Virus genome (UHGV): UHGV-0286058 | Origin: a virus | DNA: 30,759 nt | Direction: 5' to 3' (one strand) | Shown here: positions 8,334-18,249 of the stretch, piece after piece | Layout of the letters: every line of letters begins with the position of its first letter | Numbering within the stretch: position 1 is the stretch's first letter | Position numbers and translations under genes: made by a program | The notes under the pieces: model-generated | What the model was told of the DNA's origin: nothing | Database searches by the model: none | Seen by the model: only the letters and a program-made list of their open reading frames with translations

Positions 8334-9380
8334 TTATTCCGGGTTGTCGAGGGTGTACTCTTTGAATCTGATGACCTCCATGCCGAGCCAGTCGTTTACC
8401 TCCCTGAACCTGTCCTGCAGGGGTGACAGCTCGTTACGAACGAATACCTTTGCCACCTTCTCAACGTCACCGAGTGAACCGATATTCTCGGGCTTGCCGC
8501 CCATAAGCTGGAACGGCACGCGGTGCGCGTCCATCAGGTCGGCAGCGCTGGCTTTCTTAATGTTGAAAAAGTCATCCTTTGTGGCGACCTCGCTCAGTGG
8601 CACGATTTTGATGCCGTCCGGTTTTCCGCCGGGTGCGTAGAAAAACAGGTTCTTAAAGTTGCCGAGCCCTTTCGAGTTGCGCATCGCCTCGCGCAGCGAT
8701 TCGACGTCGGTCGCGCTCTGCGCCGGGTCGGTCACATACATGATGTAACCAGCATGCGCTCCGTTCTGGTAATACTTGCGGCGGAACAGCGTCGCAGCTT
8801 CATTCAGCCAGGCGGAATTAAGCGCGCTGAGATATTCAGGCAGGCCGTAAATTTCCTGATTAATGTCGGGCTCAAGCAGGTGAAACACGGTATCAGGCGC
8901 GAACTCATGCGGCCGCGTGAAGTTTTCCACAAACCAGAAAATCGAGTCGTCGACCCCGCGCCGGGTGTATTTGGCCGGTGAGGCCAGTAGCTTGATTAAC
9001 TGGCCGGTGACGCTGTTGCGCTGCTCAAGAAAGGCATTGCCGAAAACCAGATAGTCGAGTGCAAAACGGCTGAAATCCTGACGGGATAGCAACGGGTGCG
9101 GAATGTAGGTGCTTGCGAGTACGTTGCGCTTAACATAAATCGGTGAGCTGTGATGCACGGCAGAGCGCAGGCTCTTTGCCAGCCCGGAGAAGCTTACTGG
9201 CGGCTCGTACCATTTGCCGTTACTGATGCACTCGACGTAATCCAGAATATCGCGCTTATCGAGTACCGGCACCGGCTCGCCGAAGGTGAACGCTGTCGTT
9301 TTTGGCGGTGCGCTGGCGGTAAGTTGTTGTGGCTTGCTGGCCTTCTGCGCAGCGGCTTTACGGGATTTTTGCTTACCCAT
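8334..9380 (-). CDS. Q: portal protein
   Basis: 348 aa (P2 Q about 344 aa), leftward, immediately followed by terminase P; P2 synteny. Confidence 0.85.
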   Translation of the reverse strand: MGKQKSRKAAAQKASKPQQLTASAPPKTTAFTFGEPVPVLDKRDILDYVECISNGKWYEPPVSFSGLAKSLRSAVHHSSPIYVKRNVLASTYIPHPLLSRQDFSRFALDYLVFGNAFLEQRNSVTGQLIKLLASPAKYTRRGVDDSIFWFVENFTRPHEFAPDTVFHLLEPDINQEIYGLPEYLSALNSAWLNEAATLFRRKYYQNGAHAGYIMYVTDPAQSATDVESLREAMRNSKGLGNFKNLFFYAPGGKPDGIKIVPLSEVATKDDFFNIKKASAADLMDAHRVPFQLMGGKPENIGSLGDVEKVAKVFVRNELSPLQDRFREVNDWLGMEVIRFKEYTLDNPE

Positions 9381-9381
9381 T

Positions 9382-11151
9382 TTAGTTGAACTCCAGAATA
9401 GATTTAGGCTGCATGCCGCTACCGGCGGAAAGCGGTTCGTTTAACAGGGCGTGCATAGTCGCCCATGCGATATCGGCGTGACTGGCTTCCTCGGTGCGGC
9501 TGGCCTCGTACGTGGCGCTGCGCCCGCTGCTGGTCATAGTTTTGCGGATGGACATAAACGACTGCGTGACGTCGGTCGCACCGGCGTCATACTCCAGACA
9601 GCCACGGCGAATGGTGTCTTTTGCCTTGAGCACCATCGCGGTTTTCATCTCAGGCGTGTAACGGATGCCGCGCGCCGCCGGGTAGAATGAGCGCACCAAC
9701 TGGAACACGCCGAGACCGAGGCCGGTTGCGTCAATGCCGATGTATTCGACGTTGTATTTCTCGGTCAGTTTGCGGATGCCCTCTGCCTGCGCAGCAAAGT
9801 CCATGCCTTTCCACTGGTGACGCTCCAGCATGCGGAACTTGCCACCCGAGACCACCGGCGGTGCGAGTACGACGCACCCGGCACTGTCGCCGGTGTGTGA
9901 CGGGTCGTAGCCAACCCAGACAGGACGCGAGCCGAACGGATGGTCGGCGAACGGGGCAAAGTCCTCCCATTCTTCCATCACGTCGACCATGCAGCGCTGC
10001 AGCTCCTCGAACGGGAATACCGACGCTTTATCGTCGACAAACTCGCACATAAACAGGTTTTTAAAATCCTCATCACTGTTTTCGCGTTTGAGCTGGTCGA
10101 GGTCGAACAGGGTGCAGCCACCGGCAAGGGCGTCCTCAATGGTGACAATCTGCCGCCACTGGCCATCGTCGCAGAGCTGGCCACCGACGAGCGCGTTGTG
10201 ACTGATGTCGATTTCGATGCGGTCGGCAATACGGCTGCGCCCCTTGTTGAACAGCTCGCCAGACCAGAAGGGGTAAGCGCCGTGCGCCAGCGTGGAAGGT
10301 GTAGAAAAGTAGGTTGAGCGCAGGTGCTTCTGAGAGGCCATGCCCGAGGCGACTTTGCGCAGCTTCTGAAAATTCGGGATCCAGAATATTTCATCGACAT
10401 ACAGGTCGCCGTTATGGCTCTGCGCGGTGTTGGAATTGGTACCGAGAAAAATCAGCTTTGCGCCGTTGTTGCCGATGACAATCGGGTCGCCTGTCAGGTC
10501 GACGTCGACCAGTCGCGCAAACTGGATGATGTATTCGCGGAACACGTAAGCCTGCGTTTTACTGGCCGACAGAAAGATTTGGTTATGACCGGTCTTGAGC
10601 GCGCGCAGCAGTGCCTCGCGGGAAAAATAGAACGTCGCGCCAATCTGTCGGGATTTGAGAATGTCGCGAATACGGTGTTCCAGCCCTGCACGGTACCACT
10701 GCAACTGGTACTCGAAAGACTGGTCGAAAAATAATTCATCCAGTTTCTCGATAGCCTCATCGCTGAAAAAATTCTTTTTCGGCTTCTTACGCTCGCCCTT
10801 GTTGCGATTGGCAACATTGGGGTTAAGGTCGACCTCGTTGCCGGTCTGGCTGTAGCGGTTAACGCGCGCCAGTCGCTCAATTTGTCGCCCGAGCAGGTCA
10901 ATCTCTTTGAAGTCGCCGCCTGACTTTTGCGGCTTGGCGATGAGCTGAATCAGGCGCGCCTCAAGGCTGCTTTCAACGCGGGAAATCGGTGCGATACCGT
11001 CCCAGCAGTCGCGCTGCTTCCAGCTCTGCACGGTCGGGCGCTTGACCTGCAGCATTTCGGCAATCTGTGGCACGGAAAAACCCTGCCAGTAAAGCAGCGA
11101 TGCCTGCCGTCGCGGGTCATGCAACAAGGTTGTATCGGTGGAAATGGTCAT
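9382..11151 (-). CDS. P: terminase large (ATPase) subunit
   Basis: 589 aa (P2 P about 590 aa), 1-nt gap to Q, divergent from O as in the P2 late region. Confidence 0.85.
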   Translation of the reverse strand: MTISTDTTLLHDPRRQASLLYWQGFSVPQIAEMLQVKRPTVQSWKQRDCWDGIAPISRVESSLEARLIQLIAKPQKSGGDFKEIDLLGRQIERLARVNRYSQTGNEVDLNPNVANRNKGERKKPKKNFFSDEAIEKLDELFFDQSFEYQLQWYRAGLEHRIRDILKSRQIGATFYFSREALLRALKTGHNQIFLSASKTQAYVFREYIIQFARLVDVDLTGDPIVIGNNGAKLIFLGTNSNTAQSHNGDLYVDEIFWIPNFQKLRKVASGMASQKHLRSTYFSTPSTLAHGAYPFWSGELFNKGRSRIADRIEIDISHNALVGGQLCDDGQWRQIVTIEDALAGGCTLFDLDQLKRENSDEDFKNLFMCEFVDDKASVFPFEELQRCMVDVMEEWEDFAPFADHPFGSRPVWVGYDPSHTGDSAGCVVLAPPVVSGGKFRMLERHQWKGMDFAAQAEGIRKLTEKYNVEYIGIDATGLGLGVFQLVRSFYPAARGIRYTPEMKTAMVLKAKDTIRRGCLEYDAGATDVTQSFMSIRKTMTSSGRSATYEASRTEEASHADIAWATMHALLNEPLSAGSGMQPKSILEFN

Positions 11152-11316
11152 TGATGCCTCGCCGTAGTGGATTCAGGGCAAGGCTACTTAATGGCCGTCA
11201 GTGATTCGCTAAGGTGCTGTTGTGTGGGCGGTTGTCCAGTCGTCATTGGTGGTCTGGCGTGTCCTGAGTCTGGAAACTGGCGTTGACCAGTAACCCCAAC
11301 CTCAGGACTCCTGACA

Positions 11317-12171
11317 ATGGCAAAAAAAGTCTCAAAATTCTTTCGCATCGGCGTCGAAGGTGACACCTGCGACGGCCGCATTATCAGCGGTAACGATATT
11401 CAGGAAATGGCCGAATCGTTTGACCCTCGTGTCTACGGTTGCCGTATTAACCTTGAGCATATTCGCGGCCTCTTTCCCGATGGCGATTTCAAACGCTTAG
11501 GCGATGTGGTCGAGCTGAAAGCCGAGAAGATTGACGACGATTCTGCGCTTAACGGCAAATGGGCGTTGTTCGCCAGAATCACCCCGACAGACGACCTGAT
11601 TGCGATGAATAAAAAATTGCAGAAGGTCTACACCTCAATGGAAATTCAGCCGAATTTTGCCAATACCGGCAAATGCTACCTCGTCGGTCTTGCGGTCACC
11701 GATGACCCGGCGAGCCTCGGCACTGAATACCTCGAATTCTGCCGCAACGCGAAACACAACCCTCTGCAGCGCTTTAAGGCCAACCCTGAAAACGTCTTTT
11801 CCGCTGCCACGCTGGCCGAGTTGGAATTTGAAGACGTTCCTGACACGGTACTCAACAGCCTGGCGGATAAGGTGAAAGCCATTTTCAGCCGTAAGCAGGT
11901 CAGCGACGATGCGCGCCTGAATGATGTGCATGAAGCGGTGACCACCGTCAGCGAACATGTGCAGACTAACCTGACCAAACAGGACGAGCGTCTTTCCGCT
12001 ATGGAAACCGCGTTTGCCACTTTCAAACAGGAACTGACCGGCAAGATTGAAGAAACCAGCCAGGCATTTTCCACTCTGAAAACCACCCTCGACAAAACAG
12101 AAAGTTTCAGCCAGCCGCGACGCACGAAAGCCAGCGGCGGTGGTGGCGATGAGCTGCTGACTGACTGCTGA
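11317..12171 (+). CDS. O: capsid scaffolding protein
   Basis: 284 aa, same as P2 O; first gene of the rightward head operon. Confidence 0.8.
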   Translation: MAKKVSKFFRIGVEGDTCDGRIISGNDIQEMAESFDPRVYGCRINLEHIRGLFPDGDFKRLGDVVELKAEKIDDDSALNGKWALFARITPTDDLIAMNKKLQKVYTSMEIQPNFANTGKCYLVGLAVTDDPASLGTEYLEFCRNAKHNPLQRFKANPENVFSAATLAELEFEDVPDTVLNSLADKVKAIFSRKQVSDDARLNDVHEAVTTVSEHVQTNLTKQDERLSAMETAFATFKQELTGKIEETSQAFSTLKTTLDKTESFSQPRRTKASGGGGDELLTDC

Positions 12172-12246
12172 TAAACCGCAGACCTAAACCGGGCGGTAAC
12201 CCCGCCCGATGCTGTGACTAACCGATTAATTCAAACAGGAAATACT

Positions 12247-13314
12247 ATGCGTCAGGAAACCCGTTTTAAGTTCAATGCCTATCTGACCCAGCTCGCCAAA
12301 CTGAACGGCATCAGCGTTGATGATGTCAGCAAGAAATTCACCGTTGAGCCGTCCGTCACGCAAACGCTGATGAACACAGTGCAGGCGTCATCCGCATTTC
12401 TGCAGATGATTAACATTCTGCCGGTCGCAGAAATGAAGGGCGAGAAAATCGGCGTCGGTGTGACCGGCACCATCGCCAGCACGACCGACACATCAGGTGA
12501 CAAGGAGCGCCAGACCGCAGATTTCACCGCGCTTGAGTCCAACAAGTACGAGTGCAACCAGATTAACTTTGACTTCCACCTGACCTATAAACGCCTCGAC
12601 CTGTGGGCGCGTTTCCAGGACTTCCAGCGCCGTATTCGCGACGCCATTGTCCAGCGTCAGGCGCTCGATTTCATCATGGCCGGGTTCAACGGTACCACCC
12701 GTGCTGACACCTCAGACCGCAGCAAAAACCCGATGCTGCAAGATGTGGCCGTCGGCTGGCTGCAGAAGTACCGCAACGAAGCCCCGGCGCGCGTGATGAG
12801 CAAAATCACCGCTGAGGGCGGTAGCGTTATTTCTGACGTGATTCGCGTCGGTAAGAATGGCGACTATGAGAACCTCGACGCACTGGTGATGGACGGTACC
12901 AACACCCTGATTGACGAGATTTATCAGGATGACCCGAAACTCGTTGCTATCGTTGGCCGTAAGCTGCTGGCCGACAAATATTTCCCGCTGGTGAACAAGC
13001 AGCAGGAAAACACCGAGTCGCTCGCGGCGGATATCATCATCAGCCAGAAGCGCATCGGCAACCTGCCTGCCGTGCGTGTGCCGTATTTCCCGGCGAATGC
13101 GGTATTCGTGACCACGCTGGAAAACCTCTCTGTCTACTTCATGGATGAGAGCCATCGCCGCAGCATTGATGAGAACCCGAAAAAAGACCGTGTGGAAAAC
13201 TACGAGTCGATGAACATCGACTATGTGGTCGAGGCGTATGCCGCCGGGTGCCTGCTGGAAAATATCACCCTGGGTGATTTCACCGCACCTGCAGTACCAG
13301 AAAGCGGAGAGTAA
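12247..13314 (+). CDS. N: major capsid protein
   Basis: 355 aa from ATG 12247 (P2 N about 357 aa); track ORF starts 33 nt upstream at 12214. Confidence 0.85.
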   Translation: MRQETRFKFNAYLTQLAKLNGISVDDVSKKFTVEPSVTQTLMNTVQASSAFLQMINILPVAEMKGEKIGVGVTGTIASTTDTSGDKERQTADFTALESNKYECNQINFDFHLTYKRLDLWARFQDFQRRIRDAIVQRQALDFIMAGFNGTTRADTSDRSKNPMLQDVAVGWLQKYRNEAPARVMSKITAEGGSVISDVIRVGKNGDYENLDALVMDGTNTLIDEIYQDDPKLVAIVGRKLLADKYFPLVNKQQENTESLAADIIISQKRIGNLPAVRVPYFPANAVFVTTLENLSVYFMDESHRRSIDENPKKDRVENYESMNIDYVVEAYAAGCLLENITLGDFTAPAVPESGE

Positions 13315-13319
13315 GCCCA

Positions 13320-14068
13320 TGACGAGCCCCGCACAGCGTCACATGATGCGGGTTTCGGCCTCTCAAGCCGCGCAGCGGGAACAAGCCCCGCTGCGCCATG
13401 CAACCGCCTATGAGCAGATGCTGGTAAAGCTGGCCGAAGACCGCCGCACGTTAAAAAACATACGTTCAAATGAGCGTAAGGCCGAGAAAAAGCGCGAGCT
13501 GCTGCCGTTCTATGCGCCGTGGGTCGCCGGTGTGCTGGCTGATGGCCGTGGTGCGCAGGATGACATTGTCATGACCGTCATGCTGTGGCGTCTCGATGCC
13601 GGTGAGATTGCTGGCGCGCTGGAAATTGCGCCCTACGCGCTGAAATACGGCCTCACCTCTGACCATCGTCGCACCACGCCTTACATGCTGGTTGAGGAAG
13701 TGGCGCTTGCGGTACTGCGCCTGCGCGATTCCGGTGAGCCTGTCGACCTCGCATTATTGCTGACCACCCTCAGCCTGACCGACAGCGCTGACGTTCCCGA
13801 TATGGTGCGCGCCCGTCTGCATAAGGTGACCGGCCTGACCCTGCGCGATGCCGGTCAGAGCGCCGAAGCGCTGGTGCAGTTTCAGCGCGCGATGCAGCTC
13901 GACCGCAATGCTGGTGTACGCAAAGAGATTGAGCGGCTGGAGCGCGCATTGAAGCCAAAGCCAGAGGCGGCCCCCCGCAAAAAGACTAAACCGCGCACGC
14001 GCAAACCTGCCACCAAACCGGCAACAAAGCGCGGGCGTCTACCAAAGGCGGTCAAAACCGCCGGTTAA
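13320..14068 (+). CDS. M: terminase small (endonuclease) subunit
   Basis: 249 aa from ATG 13320 right after the N stop (P2 M about 247 aa); basic C-terminal tail. Confidence 0.8.
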
Positions 14069-14161
14069 CTGAACGCTCCCCGAGCCGGGCGGCACGCCGG
14101 TCAAAGCGGGCATTGACCCTGACGGCGACCGGCGTCCACCGCCCAACCTAATGAGGTTGTC

Positions 14162-14671
14162 ATGACGACAGTAATACTGAATCAGCCCGACGAACCGCAG
14201 GACGTACCGGGCGTGGTGATTCCCTCACCGGAGACGGGCGACGCAGTGATTAAAAACACGTTCTTTTTCCCTGATGTGGATCCTAAGCGCGTGCGTGAGC
14301 TGATGCGCCTTGAGCAGACAGTTTCCGATGCGCGACTGCGCAACGCCATCAAGACTGGTATGGCGGAAACCAATGCGGAGCTTTACGACTACCGACAGCT
14401 CCAGATTGCAGCAGGGTTTAAGCAACTGGCCGACGTGCCTGATGCCGAGGAAATCGACGGCGAGAATGTGCGTGTTTTCCACTACCTCAGCGCCGTGACG
14501 GCGATGGCGACCGCCACCCTGTATGAGCGTTATCGCGGGGTTGAGGCCACCGGCAAGGGCGACAAAAAAGCCGACAGCGTCGAAACCACGATTGATGACC
14601 TGTGGCGGGATATGCGCTGGTCGGTCTCGCGCCTGCAGGATAAGCCGCGCTGCATCGTGGGGCAGCTCTGA
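14162..14671 (+). CDS. L: head completion/stabilisation protein
   Basis: 169 aa, same as P2 L; synteny. Confidence 0.75.
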   Translation: MTTVILNQPDEPQDVPGVVIPSPETGDAVIKNTFFFPDVDPKRVRELMRLEQTVSDARLRNAIKTGMAETNAELYDYRQLQIAAGFKQLADVPDAEEIDGENVRVFHYLSAVTAMATATLYERYRGVEATGKGDKKADSVETTIDDLWRDMRWSVSRLQDKPRCIVGQL

Positions 14672-14874
14672 TGAAAGTCTACGCGATGCAGGGCGACACC
14701 CTCGACGCGCTTTGCGCTAGGTATTACGGGCGCACTGAGGGGGTGGTCGAGACGGTGCTGCGGGCTAATCCCGGTCTGTCTGAGCTGGGCGTCATTCTGC
14801 CGCATGGCTCGGCGATTGACCTGCCCGACGTTGCATCGTCACCCATAACAGAAACTATCAACCTTTGGGAGTAA
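14671..14874 (+). CDS. X: tail protein X
   Basis: 67 aa, same as P2 X; start overlaps the L stop (TGATG). Confidence 0.6.
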   Translation: MKVYAMQGDTLDALCARYYGRTEGVVETVLRANPGLSELGVILPHGSAIDLPDVASSPITETINLWE

Positions 14875-14877
14875 ACC

Positions 14878-15174
14878 ATGACAGAAGGGGAAAAAGGCGT
14901 CCTGTCACTGTTTGTGATTGGCGTGATGATTGTTGTCGGAAAAGTGCTGGCAGGTGGTGAGCCCATCACCCCTCGCCTGTTTGTCGGGCGCATGCTGCTC
15001 GGCGGTTTTGTCTCTATGGTCGCGGGTGTCGTTCTGGTGCAGTTTCCTGATATGTCACTGCCTGCCGTGTGCGGGATTGGATCCATGCTCGGCATTGCCG
15101 GTTATCAGGTGGTGGAAATCGCCATACAGCGCCGCTTTAAGTCACAGAAAGGGGGCGACGATGCCGGTCATTAA
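14878..15174 (+). CDS. Y: holin
   Basis: 98 aa with hydrophobic helices, directly upstream of the endolysin. Confidence 0.6.
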   Translation: MTEGEKGVLSLFVIGVMIVVGKVLAGGEPITPRLFVGRMLLGGFVSMVAGVVLVQFPDMSLPAVCGIGSMLGIAGYQVVEIAIQRRFKSQKGGDDAGH

Positions 15175-15658
15175 TACTCACCAGAATATCGCCGCGTTTC
15201 TGGAAATGCTGGCCTATTCCGAAGGGACGGCGACGCATCCGCTAACGAAAAATAGTGGTTACGACGTCATTGTCACTGGCCTTGATGGTAAGCCGGAAAT
15301 TTTCACCAACTACAGCGACCACCCTTTCGCACATGGCAGACCAGCGAAAGTGTTTAATCGACGCGGCGAAAAATCCACGGCATCGGGTCGTTACCAGCAG
15401 CTTTATCTCTACTGGCCGCACTATCAGAAACAGCTCGCATTGCCTGATTTCAGCCCGTTGTCGCAGGACAAACTTGCGATTCAGTTAATCCGGGAGCGCG
15501 GTGCCATTGAGGATATTAAGACGGGACGTATTGAGCTAGCAATTTCACGTTGCCGGAATATTTGGGCGTCGTTACCGGGTGCCGGTTACGGACAACGTGA
15601 GCACAGCCTCGACAAACTTGTCACCGTATGGCGCACCGCTGGCGGGGTAATGGCATGA
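15161..15658 (+). CDS. K: endolysin (lysozyme)
   Basis: 165 aa from ATG 15161 (MPVINTHQNIAAFLEMLAYSEGT...), same length as P2 K. The track's 5' extension to 14930 overlaps the holin and is rejected. Confidence 0.75.
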   Translation: MPVINTHQNIAAFLEMLAYSEGTATHPLTKNSGYDVIVTGLDGKPEIFTNYSDHPFAHGRPAKVFNRRGEKSTASGRYQQLYLYWPHYQKQLALPDFSPLSQDKLAIQLIRERGAIEDIKTGRIELAISRCRNIWASLPGAGYGQREHSLDKLVTVWRTAGGVMA

Positions 15659-16068
15659 AAATCCTGATAACACTGCTGGCGCTGGCCGTGCTTGGGCTGC
15701 TGTGGTTGCGCCATGAGAACGGCAATTTATCCCGCTCCTTTGAGACAGCAAACCGTGTCGCGAGCGACCAAAAGACGACGATTGGCATGCTGAAAAATCA
15801 GCTCAGTGTTGCCGGTACGCTTGCCCGACGTAATGAATCCGCGCAGGTGGAACTGCGCGACCAGCTCGCAAAGGCAAGCGCAGAGGCCAGCCGCCGCGAG
15901 CAGACGATAACGAGGTTACTTAATGAAAATGAAGCCTTTCGCCGCTGGTATAACGCTGCTCTGCCTGACGTTGTGCGTCGGCTGCACACCCGCACCGCCT
16001 GCGCCAGTGCCGGTGATTGTGGTCAACGGATGCCCGAGGGTGAGCCTTTGCCCGATGCCGGGAAGTGA
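15655..16068 (+). CDS. lysB: LysB (Rz-like spanin, inner-membrane component)
   Basis: N-terminal membrane helix MKILITLLALAVLGLLWL followed by charged coiled-coil-like region; position after K. Confidence 0.55.
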   Translation: MKILITLLALAVLGLLWLRHENGNLSRSFETANRVASDQKTTIGMLKNQLSVAGTLARRNESAQVELRDQLAKASAEASRREQTITRLLNENEAFRRWYNAALPDVVRRLHTRTACASAGDCGQRMPEGEPLPDAGK

Positions 16069-16213
16069 CCCGAAAACCAATGGCGACCTGAGCGCGGATA
16101 TCCGCCGTCTTGAGGGCGCGCTGACCGCCTGCGCGCTGCAGGTCAAAACCGTCAAACACTGTCAGGATGAACTCGATGCAGAAGCACAAAAGCCTGCGCA
16201 AAGCGCTGATTAA
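15923..16213 (+). CDS. lysC: LysC (Rz1-like outer-membrane lipoprotein spanin), embedded in the +1 frame of lysB
   Basis: Signal peptide with lipobox LCVGC and proline-rich mature region; begins inside lysB and runs past its end. Confidence 0.5.
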   Translation: MKMKPFAAGITLLCLTLCVGCTPAPPAPVPVIVVNGCPRVSLCPMPGSDPKTNGDLSADIRRLEGALTACALQVKTVKHCQDELDAEAQKPAQSAD

Positions 16214-16643
16214 CGCCGTGCCGCAGCTCAGGAATAACCCCGATATGCTGCGCCTGTTTGCCGACAACGGCCATACCGATTCCCGATTGGCGAGCTCGCT
16301 GTCGTTTGAAAAGGTGTACGTGCTTAACATGGTGGTGACCGACTTCACCGGCGACCTCGATTTGATATTCGTGCCGGTGCAGGCGTGGCTGCGTGAACAT
16401 CAGCCGGACATTATGACCACCGACGACGGTCGGGAAAAAGGATTCACCTGGATTATTGATATCAATAACGACGATTCGCTCGATATCAGTATCAGCCTGA
16501 GGCTCACCGAGCGCACGCTCGTCAAAGAGGTCGACGGTGCGCTGCATGTCAGCTATGCCCCTGAACCGCCGCTGCCAGAGCCGGTGACGCGACCGGTCGA
16601 GCTGTACGTTAACGGTGAACTGGTGAGTAAGTGGGATGAGTGA
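16167..16643 (+). CDS. R: tail completion protein R
   Basis: 158 aa (P2 R about 155 aa); synteny. Start may be ATG 16176. Confidence 0.7.
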   Translation: MNSMQKHKSLRKALINAVPQLRNNPDMLRLFADNGHTDSRLASSLSFEKVYVLNMVVTDFTGDLDLIFVPVQAWLREHQPDIMTTDDGREKGFTWIIDINNDDSLDISISLRLTERTLVKEVDGALHVSYAPEPPLPEPVTRPVELYVNGELVSKWDE

Positions 16644-17085
16644 GTTAACCGCACTGCAGGAACATCTTGCCGGTCTGATTGCCAGCCTGTCACCGGCGGC
16701 GCGTCGGCAAATGGCGGCTGAGATTGCGAAAAAGTTGCGTACAAGTCAGCAACAGCGCATCAAGCGCCAGCAGGCACCCGACGGCACCCCATATTCGGCA
16801 CGAAAGCGCCAGCCGGTGCGGGGCAAGAAAGGTCGGATTAAGCGTGAAATGTTCGCCAAACTGCGCACCAATCGCTTTATGAAAGCCAAAGGCAGCGACA
16901 GTGCGGCGGTTGTGGACTTTACCGGCAAGGTGCAGCGCATGGCGCGGGTGCATCAGTACGGCCTAAAAGACCGGCCAAACCGCAACAGCCGGGATGTGCA
17001 GTACGAGGCGCGCCCGCTGCTGGGTATTAACGCTGATGATGTTTCTGTTATTAATGATATTATCATTGGATCTTTATCAAAATAA
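16636..17085 (+). CDS. S: tail completion protein S
   Basis: 149 aa (P2 S about 150 aa); overlaps R stop. Confidence 0.7.
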   Translation: MSELTALQEHLAGLIASLSPAARRQMAAEIAKKLRTSQQQRIKRQQAPDGTPYSARKRQPVRGKKGRIKREMFAKLRTNRFMKAKGSDSAAVVDFTGKVQRMARVHQYGLKDRPNRNSRDVQYEARPLLGINADDVSVINDIIIGSLSK

Positions 17086-17110
17086 TAGTGTTAAAAGGTA
17101 GCGGCGAAAA

Positions 17111-18154
17111 ATGGGTGATGCATATTTATTCGATATCATAAAGGACATGCTGCCAGTTTTATCAGGCCTACTAGGAGTGTTGGGTATTCTCAATGTGTTT
17201 AAAACTTCGAATAATCGCCTTAGCTTTTGGGGATGGCTGGCTGTTTTTGTAATTGTGATCTCCACGATTGCAACACTGCTATTAGCGAAAAAGGAAAAAA
17301 ATGATAATGAGCGGGAAAAGATACAACTCCAAAACAAAATAGATAACATATTAAGAGACGTAGCCAAGGCTCGTGAGCCAATTGGGGAGGTTTCCATAAC
17401 CTATTGGTCGCTGCTTCCTGATTCGAATCAACTGGTTCGAAAATACAAAGACTATCTTAATGAAAAAGCAAGAGGTGAGGTCGAAAATTTTTCATTCCAT
17501 AACCTAACGAAGACTAATAAAGATTATTTCGGGACTACAATCGATTTGGATGGGAAGCTCGCCGTTTTTAGCATTGATGAAAAAAATAAGTATTGGCCCT
17601 CGGGTTCTTTCTCTGAAATCGGTCTTTTGGCCTCAAATTTTTCAATAATGCTCTGTATCAATTCCAAACACACTAATGCTAAGGATGTGCGTTTTATCAT
17701 AGGGGCAAGGAACAACTTAGATTGGTGTGCTCTTGCCTTGCTGCCAAGAACAAGTGATATCTTTTATGACGTCAAAAAAGATAAAATTGGATTGGCAACA
17801 ACCATTACATATGACAAAAAATGGGTGTATTCCAATGGCGTTATTTCCTCGGTTAGAGATTTCTTCGGTTCGGATGTCTTTTTTGTTCTTCCCTCTACAG
17901 ATTCTCGATTTTTGAATGACTATCTAAAGTCCATAGGAGCACCTCAGACGCTTATAGAGTCAAATAAAATAAAGTCCGAGATCATTGCTGGTATGAGCAC
18001 AGAGTCAGTGAGCGTCAAAATGGGGGATGGCCAACGTTTTAATATCTCAGGAGAACATCTAAAAAAATATAACTCGAAAGATGGCAGAACTTTTTTCTAT
18101 ATCAAAATGCCTTTGTCAGAAAAAGAAGTTAGTGAGCTCGAGACAAAAAATTAG
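17111..18154 (+). CDS. AT-rich membrane-anchored accessory protein, function unknown (moron between S and V)
   Basis: 347 aa; two N-terminal hydrophobic helices (LPVLSGLLGVLGILNVF, WGWLAVFVIVISTIATLLLA) then about 280 aa Lys/Asn-rich domain; GC visibly far below flanking tail genes; sits where P2 carries orf30. Confidence 0.55.
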   Translation: MGDAYLFDIIKDMLPVLSGLLGVLGILNVFKTSNNRLSFWGWLAVFVIVISTIATLLLAKKEKNDNEREKIQLQNKIDNILRDVAKAREPIGEVSITYWSLLPDSNQLVRKYKDYLNEKARGEVENFSFHNLTKTNKDYFGTTIDLDGKLAVFSIDEKNKYWPSGSFSEIGLLASNFSIMLCINSKHTNAKDVRFIIGARNNLDWCALALLPRTSDIFYDVKKDKIGLATTITYDKKWVYSNGVISSVRDFFGSDVFFVLPSTDSRFLNDYLKSIGAPQTLIESNKIKSEIIAGMSTESVSVKMGDGQRFNISGEHLKKYNSKDGRTFFYIKMPLSEKEVSELETKN

Positions 18155-18249
18155 CACGGACCATTAGTATAGTTTGATTCAGGTTTGTGTCATGCCTCAC
18201 AGATAGGAAGAAAGTTGTTCATCACTTCTCCTATCTGCATTCTGTCCGT

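Noticed and set aside
8114-8640. ORFs 8114-8314 (minus) and 8299-8640 (plus) around cos and the 3' end of Q
   Set aside because: They lie in the GC-rich non-coding cos region or antisense to the portal gene; the translations are Ala/Arg-rich, typical of spurious high-GC frames.
9451-10901. Cluster of overlapping ORFs on both strands inside terminase gene P
   Set aside because: All are alternative frames of a high-GC gene whose main frame (589 aa, minus strand) is strongly supported by length and synteny.
11152-11316. Ogr-dependent late promoter dyads (TGT-N12-ACA) in the divergent P/O intergenic region
   Set aside because: I could not find an exact TGT-N12-ACA element by eye; divergent late promoters are likely present but not reported as features.
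14930-15160. 5' extension of the endolysin ORF to 14930
   Set aside because: It would overlap the holin gene in another frame; ATG at 15161 gives exactly the 165-aa P2 K length.
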